A stretch of DNA of 64,000 bases from an uncultured Bacteroidales bacterium. Lineage in GTDB: Bacteria > Bacteroidota > Bacteroidia > Bacteroidales > UBA932. The DNA is taken from positions 13,179-77,178 of the forward strand of contig CAMBRR010000001.1 in the NCBI GenBank assembly GCA_945870315.1, read 5' to 3'. Made by a program: the position numbers and the translations under genes. This document shows positions 59,528 through 64,000 of the stretch, one piece after another. The stretch's first letter is position 1; each line of letters starts with the position of its first letter. The notes beneath the pieces were generated by a model. The model saw only the letters and a program-made list of their open reading frames with translations. It ran no database searches and had not been told where the DNA came from.

Positions 59528-61354
59528 TTATTTCTTCAAAGGGTTGTAATTGCGGCCTGAGCCGTCGTAGTCGGAGTTCTTGAAGAACTCGAGGAAGTTG
59601 AGTCGGAGAGGATGGACAAATGCTCCAAGCACTGCCATTGCAATGTTCAGGACATGTCCTATCAGGGCAATCAATATGAATGGAATCCATCCGAGACCTC
59701 CGTCTCCGAGTGCCATTTGCGCAAGGGTGTTGAATGCAAAGCCAAGCATGCTGCCGGCAAGGCCCAGCGCATACAGACGCAGATAGCTGAGTACATCGCC
59801 AAGAAGTCCAGTCGCTGTGTTGTAGGTCTCCCAAAGTCCGCTTCCGATGTTGATCAAAGGGTTCTTGTGAAGGTCCCTGAGCGGGAAGATTCCGATTGCG
59901 GCAATGATTCCCAGGACGATGATTATCCATTTGGTGATTGCGGAATCGATGTGGAATGCCACCCCTGCAGCCAGTACCACGACTCCTCCTACCAGGAAGA
60001 TTGTCCAGCCCCAGATGCTCAGGCTGCCGAGAACACCCTGATTCCTTGTTGCATTCACGGTCCTGACTATCATAGCCAGACATAGGTGGATGATACCGAC
60101 TATGATTGCAACCACCATAGTACCGTCATATCCTATTATCTTGGACGGAACCATCACCTTGGCAAGCCCGGATTCCTGAACCCAGTTCCAGGTGGTGATA
60201 TCTATGGAGAAGAAGGTATGGAAGAAGAAGCCCACAATCGTGGTCGCAACTCCAAGCACTGTCACAAGCGGAGCGAAATCCTTGAAACTGTCCACTTTCT
60301 TGAGAGCAAAGCCTCCGAGCAGAAGTACCAGGCCGTATCCGGCATCTCCCATACACATCGCAAAGAATAGCATAAAGAAGATGGAGATGAACACAGTCGG
60401 ATCGAAGCCGTTATATACAGGGCGTCCATACATGTCTGTCAGTACTTCGAACATCCGGACAAACCTGTTGTTCTTCAGCTGGATAGGAGGATTGTCCTCG
60501 GCCTTGGCCTCGTCAAGGAGGTAGAGGATATCCATATCCTTGAATTCCTGCTCAAGCCTTGCAGTTTCCTGAATCGGGGCAAATCCCTCAAATACAGTAA
60601 TGTATCCTTCTGCTGCTTCGGTTGCTACAGTGGATGCGAGATATCTGTCCAGATCTGCGCTCTTGCGGGATAGCCCATCTTTGATATGTGACAGGTGTTT
60701 CTGTTTGAGAGCAAGCAAAGTGGCCTTTGAAGCTATAATCTGCTTATGTATTTCCTCTGCTTTCTCTTTGGCCTGGGAAACGCTCATTGAAGGCGCAGGA
60801 ATCTCTTCCACAGGGAAACTGTACTGCTCGCCTGCTCTTGAAACGGTTACGAACAAGGTGCTGTTCTTGTCGGTACCCACTATCTGAAGCGGCAGGAGAC
60901 TTTCCCACTGAGAATCATATTTCTTGGTCGGCACCCTGTAGAAATGAAGTACAAGGCCGTTGTCTTTGAGTCCCTTGACTGCGGCGCTGTCGAATTCGCC
61001 CCAAGGACAAAGTGCAGCGGCAGTTTTCTCGGCTGCCTTTTCCTCTTCTTCAAGAGACTTGATTCTTTCAACGGTGTCAAGTGTGAGTTTCGTCTTGCAG
61101 CCTTCGGTGTCAACTGATGCTGCAAGGGCCTCAATCTTGTCATAGTCAGAATCTTTGGAATAGTCAAGAGCCTCAAGTACAGAAACCGCACTCTTGGCTT
61201 TCAGAACTTTCTCGAGCATAGCCGAGGATTCCTCGTCCACAGGTTTTATTGAACGGGTGATGTCCACCACGCCCAATTCCTGAAGTTTCTCAAGGAATGC
61301 TTCACTCTCTCCGGAGAGAAGAATGAAGGAGAATTTTGACATCTTGTTAATCAT
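59528..61354 (-). CDS. ntpI: V-type ATPase subunit I (stator/a-type membrane subunit)
   Basis: 608 aa. MSKFSFILLSG cytoplasmic N-domain, a multi-TM C-domain, and the conserved SYLRLYALGLA Arg motif. The start may be Met5 (61342). Confidence 0.9.
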   Translation of the reverse strand: MINKMSKFSFILLSGESEAFLEKLQELGVVDITRSIKPVDEESSAMLEKVLKAKSAVSVLEALDYSKDSDYDKIEALAASVDTEGCKTKLTLDTVERIKSLEEEEKAAEKTAAALCPWGEFDSAAVKGLKDNGLVLHFYRVPTKKYDSQWESLLPLQIVGTDKNSTLFVTVSRAGEQYSFPVEEIPAPSMSVSQAKEKAEEIHKQIIASKATLLALKQKHLSHIKDGLSRKSADLDRYLASTVATEAAEGYITVFEGFAPIQETARLEQEFKDMDILYLLDEAKAEDNPPIQLKNNRFVRMFEVLTDMYGRPVYNGFDPTVFISIFFMLFFAMCMGDAGYGLVLLLGGFALKKVDSFKDFAPLVTVLGVATTIVGFFFHTFFSIDITTWNWVQESGLAKVMVPSKIIGYDGTMVVAIIVGIIHLCLAMIVRTVNATRNQGVLGSLSIWGWTIFLVGGVVVLAAGVAFHIDSAITKWIIIVLGIIAAIGIFPLRDLHKNPLINIGSGLWETYNTATGLLGDVLSYLRLYALGLAGSMLGFAFNTLAQMALGDGGLGWIPFILIALIGHVLNIAMAVLGAFVHPLRLNFLEFFKNSDYDGSGRNYNPLKK

Positions 61355-61958
61355 TTTCCTGCTCCTCCTCTTCTTGTTCGTGTCTGCTCTTCACGATCTT
61401 GGAAGCTGCCTTGGAGAGGTTCTCCTCGTCTTCCATATATCGCTTGATTTTTCGTATAGCCTCCTGATAGCCAGGAATCTGCACCTTCTCATAAAGGTTC
61501 ACTTTCTGAGTGGTCTTTCTCCTCTGCCAGTCCAGGATACGGGCTTTTTCCCTGTACACCTCAGACTCGATGCCAAGGCGTGACAGTTCTTTCAGGATGG
61601 CCACACCGTCTGCATACCAGGCGGGCTTGACGAAGGCGTTGAAGTCGTGGATTTCATAGTGGATTTCTCCAAGATAAGGAGTCTTGACACCTGCTACCTT
61701 CACCGTAGTCAGTTCAATGTCGGTGATGGATATCAGGCCGCTCTCGAACTCGTTCCACAATGCAGCCATTTCATCGTATTTCTGCAATGCTTCTTCGAGT
61801 TCCTCCATCAGTTTCTCAGCCTTCTCCTTGGCCTTCCTAACCTCAAGACGCAAGGCTGACTCCTTGTTTTTCAACGTCGGAAGCGCATTCTTGCGAATCT
61901 TGAGCTGTTTGCCCAATTCGTTCAGAGATGTTTTGTTATATTGGAATTTGATAGCCAT
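61347..61958 (-). CDS. ntpD: V-type ATPase subunit D (central stalk)
   Basis: 203 aa. Long coiled coil, with KTSLNELGKQLKIRKNALPTLKNKE and an acidic tail. Confidence 0.9.
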   Translation of the reverse strand: MAIKFQYNKTSLNELGKQLKIRKNALPTLKNKESALRLEVRKAKEKAEKLMEELEEALQKYDEMAALWNEFESGLISITDIELTTVKVAGVKTPYLGEIHYEIHDFNAFVKPAWYADGVAILKELSRLGIESEVYREKARILDWQRRKTTQKVNLYEKVQIPGYQEAIRKIKRYMEDEENLSKAASKIVKSRHEQEEEEQEND

Positions 61959-61964
61959 AATTCG

Positions 61965-63293
61965 TTATTTGCCAACCCAGTACTGATCGATGAATTCCTG
62001 CTTTATACCTGTCTCTGCCTTGGTGAAATATTTTCCGAAGATTTCCCAGGCAGTGTCAAGCATTTCTTCAATCTTGAGGTTAACGTCTATGGCAAGGATG
62101 CGGGTTGCATATTCCTTGGCATAGTCCAGACAGCGAAGGTCATAGTCGCTCAGGTCGAAACCGTTTTCGAGTTTGGTCTTGGCGTTCTGGGCATCAGAGT
62201 ACAGACGCACGGATGCATTCATCACCTGGCTGTGGTCCTTACGTGTCTGTTTTCCCTGAACAAGCTGTTTGAGTCGGGACAGAGAACGAAACGGGTCGAT
62301 GATGACTTTGCCTGAATCTGAATCTGCGCGCAGGTAAAGCTGACCTTCGGTGATATAGCCGGTGTTGTCAGGCACTGCGTGGGTGATATCTCCGTCGTTG
62401 AGCGTGGTCACGGCTATGATGGTGATTGAACCTCCGTCTGGCAGCTGCACGGCCTTCTCGTAAATCTTTGCAAGGTCGGAGTAGAGAGAACCCGGCATTG
62501 AATCCTTGGATGGAATCTGGTCCATACGGTTTGATACGATGGAAAGGGCATCTGCATACAAGGTCATATCTGTCAGCAGCACAAGCACTTTCTCGTTTTT
62601 CTCCACAGCGAAATACTCTGCAGCAGTAAGGGCCATATCCGGGATGAGAAGACGCTCTACAGGAGGCTGCTCGGTGGTGTTCACGAAGCAGATGATTTTT
62701 TCCAGGGCTCCTGCAGCTTCGAACTCGTGTTTGAAGTAGAGGTAGTCGTCATTGGAGAGTCCCATTCCGCCGAGAATAATCTTGTCCACATCGGCTCTGA
62801 GGGCCACCTGTGCCATCACGTTGTTGTATGGCTGGTCAGGGTCTGCGAAAAACGGAATTTTCTGTCCTGAGACCAGGGTGTTGTTCAAGTCTATGCCTGC
62901 GATACCGGTTGGGATAATCTGCGATGGCTGCATCCTTTTGTAAGGGTTCACAGAAGGACCGCCGACCTGAACCTCGCGGCCTTCCGGCTCCGGACCTCCG
63001 TCAATCGGCTTGCCGTATGCATCGAAGAACCTGCCGGAAAGTTCATCACTTACTTTCAGGGTAGGAGGAGCGCCCAGAAATGCCACTTCTGCATTTGTCG
63101 GAATGCCCTCGGTGCCGGAGAAGACCTGCAGTGTGACAAGGTCTCCCTTGGTCTTGACGACCTGTGCAAGTTTGCCGTCCACTACGGCAAGCTCATCATT
63201 GGAGACTCCCTGGGCACGCAGTGAAACGGTAGCCTTGGTGATGGCCTCCAACTTTGTATATGTTTTCTGAAAAGCCTTAGTTGCCATTGTCAA
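61965..63293 (-). CDS. ntpB: V-type ATPase subunit B
   Basis: 442 aa. VSGQKIPFFA, DMTLYADALS and PGSLYSDLAKIYE. Confidence 0.95.
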   Translation of the reverse strand: MTMATKAFQKTYTKLEAITKATVSLRAQGVSNDELAVVDGKLAQVVKTKGDLVTLQVFSGTEGIPTNAEVAFLGAPPTLKVSDELSGRFFDAYGKPIDGGPEPEGREVQVGGPSVNPYKRMQPSQIIPTGIAGIDLNNTLVSGQKIPFFADPDQPYNNVMAQVALRADVDKIILGGMGLSNDDYLYFKHEFEAAGALEKIICFVNTTEQPPVERLLIPDMALTAAEYFAVEKNEKVLVLLTDMTLYADALSIVSNRMDQIPSKDSMPGSLYSDLAKIYEKAVQLPDGGSITIIAVTTLNDGDITHAVPDNTGYITEGQLYLRADSDSGKVIIDPFRSLSRLKQLVQGKQTRKDHSQVMNASVRLYSDAQNAKTKLENGFDLSDYDLRCLDYAKEYATRILAIDVNLKIEEMLDTAWEIFGKYFTKAETGIKQEFIDQYWVGK

Positions 63294-64000
63294 TCAAATT
63301 GGTAAGTTGCTGCTGATAGTTGTTGAATTTTTCGCTTTTGAACTCGGAATAGTTCATCTGCCTGAGGATGTTGATGATTTCCTTGAAGAAGGAACGGCAT
63401 TTCTCATAATCCTCGAATGTGAAATCCTTGTCACAGATGCCGAGAACCAACTGAAGCATATATTTCTGTCTTTCGACAGGACAGAGGGCATCGATGGCAT
63501 CGAAGGCGTCCTGCTGGAGGATGACGAAGTCAACGAGTTCGGATTTCCAGAATATCTCGTGGTAACTCATCGGCACGCCATCGTCACCGAGGATGTTGAT
63601 CTGGTCGTTGGCTTCCTTTCCCTTGCGGATGATGTTCTTGGTCTTTTCTACCATCTCCACCCAGCCAGGCATTACGGTCTGGTCCAGATATTCCTTGATT
63701 TCCGGGTATTCCAGATATTTGGAATATGAATCGATAGGGTTTACGGCAGGATATCTCTTCTTGTCTGCACGATTCTGCTCAAGGGCGTAGAAACAGCGTG
63801 CAGCCTTCTTGGTGGACTCTGTCACAGGTTCCTTGAGGTTACCTCCGGCAGGGGATACGGTACCGATGAAGGTTACAGAACCTGTCTGGCCGTTGTTCAG
63901 CACTACCATACCCGCGCGGGAGTAGAAATTGGAAATGATGGCTGAAAGGTCAACCGGGAATGCATCTGCTCCAGGAAGTTCCTCCATACGGTTGGACATC
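63277..64000 (-). CDS. ntpA: V-type ATPase catalytic subunit A, C-terminal part (5' end beyond the window)
   Basis: 240 translated residues. MSNRMEELPGADAFPVDLSAIISNFYSRAG, GSVTFIGTVSPAGGNLKEPVT and RYPAVNPIDSYSKY. 17-nt overlap with ntpB. Confidence 0.93.
   Translation of the reverse strand, partial: MSNRMEELPGADAFPVDLSAIISNFYSRAGMVVLNNGQTGSVTFIGTVSPAGGNLKEPVTESTKKAARCFYALEQNRADKKRYPAVNPIDSYSKYLEYPEIKEYLDQTVMPGWVEMVEKTKNIIRKGKEANDQINILGDDGVPMSYHEIFWKSELVDFVILQQDAFDAIDALCPVERQKYMLQLVLGICDKDFTFEDYEKCRSFFKEIINILRQMNYSEFKSEKFNNYQQQLTNLIDNGN

Overview
This window looks like a core-chromosome segment of a Bacteroidota (Bacteroidales-like) anaerobe. It is almost entirely coding, with about 57 protein genes. 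I found no rRNA, tRNA, CRISPR array, integrase, transposase or other mobile element. All three standard stop codons are used as stops, and the intergenic gaps are short (about 170 nt at most).

Gene order, left to right:
- Tail of a moxR ATPase, a DUF58 gene and the Bat aerotolerance cluster (batA, batB, batC, and batD read in frame into batE).
- A GH2 beta-galactosidase.
- A minus-strand train: nucleoside permease, LptF/G-family permease, tgt, ilvE, ilvA.
- Thiamine pyrophosphokinase, then an 820-codon ORF joining an LptF/G-type permease to methionyl-tRNA formyltransferase, then alaS.
- A 12-kb plus-strand train: two M23 peptidases, a short MerR, Nif3, a zinc-ribbon coiled-coil protein, dnaB, DUF3108, an rseC-like gene, rnfBCDGEA and a small ORF.
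- NlpC/P60, gpmI, rnr, yitT-like, rubrerythrin, rpsU, rplU-rpmA, serS, ruvC.
- A large outer-membrane beta-barrel protein, lnt, a LysE-family protein, a PASTA protein, rluD, a GH3 glycosidase, cstA.
- Minus strand: sdaA, an S9 peptidase, a small membrane protein, and V-type ATPase K-I-D-B-A (A is cut by the window end).

Several Bacteroidota-type -7 promoter boxes (TAnnTTTG) and two good intrinsic terminators are visible.

I did not find a clear novel multi-gene system such as a defence island or toxin module. The observations most worth follow-up are:
- Two stop-less in-frame gene junctions (LptF/G-Fmt and BatD-BatE).
- A perfect 10-nt Shine-Dalgarno sequence on rpsU, plus GGAGG boxes on a subset of operon-internal genes, in a phylum that normally does not use SD.
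- A structured spacer between rpsU and rplU.
- A palindrome cluster at the alaS promoter.
- A 12-nt in-frame tandem repeat array in batC.
- An apparently complete Na+-site signature in the V-ATPase K subunit.

All functional calls rest on family signatures recognised by eye in the ORF translations. No database search was run.
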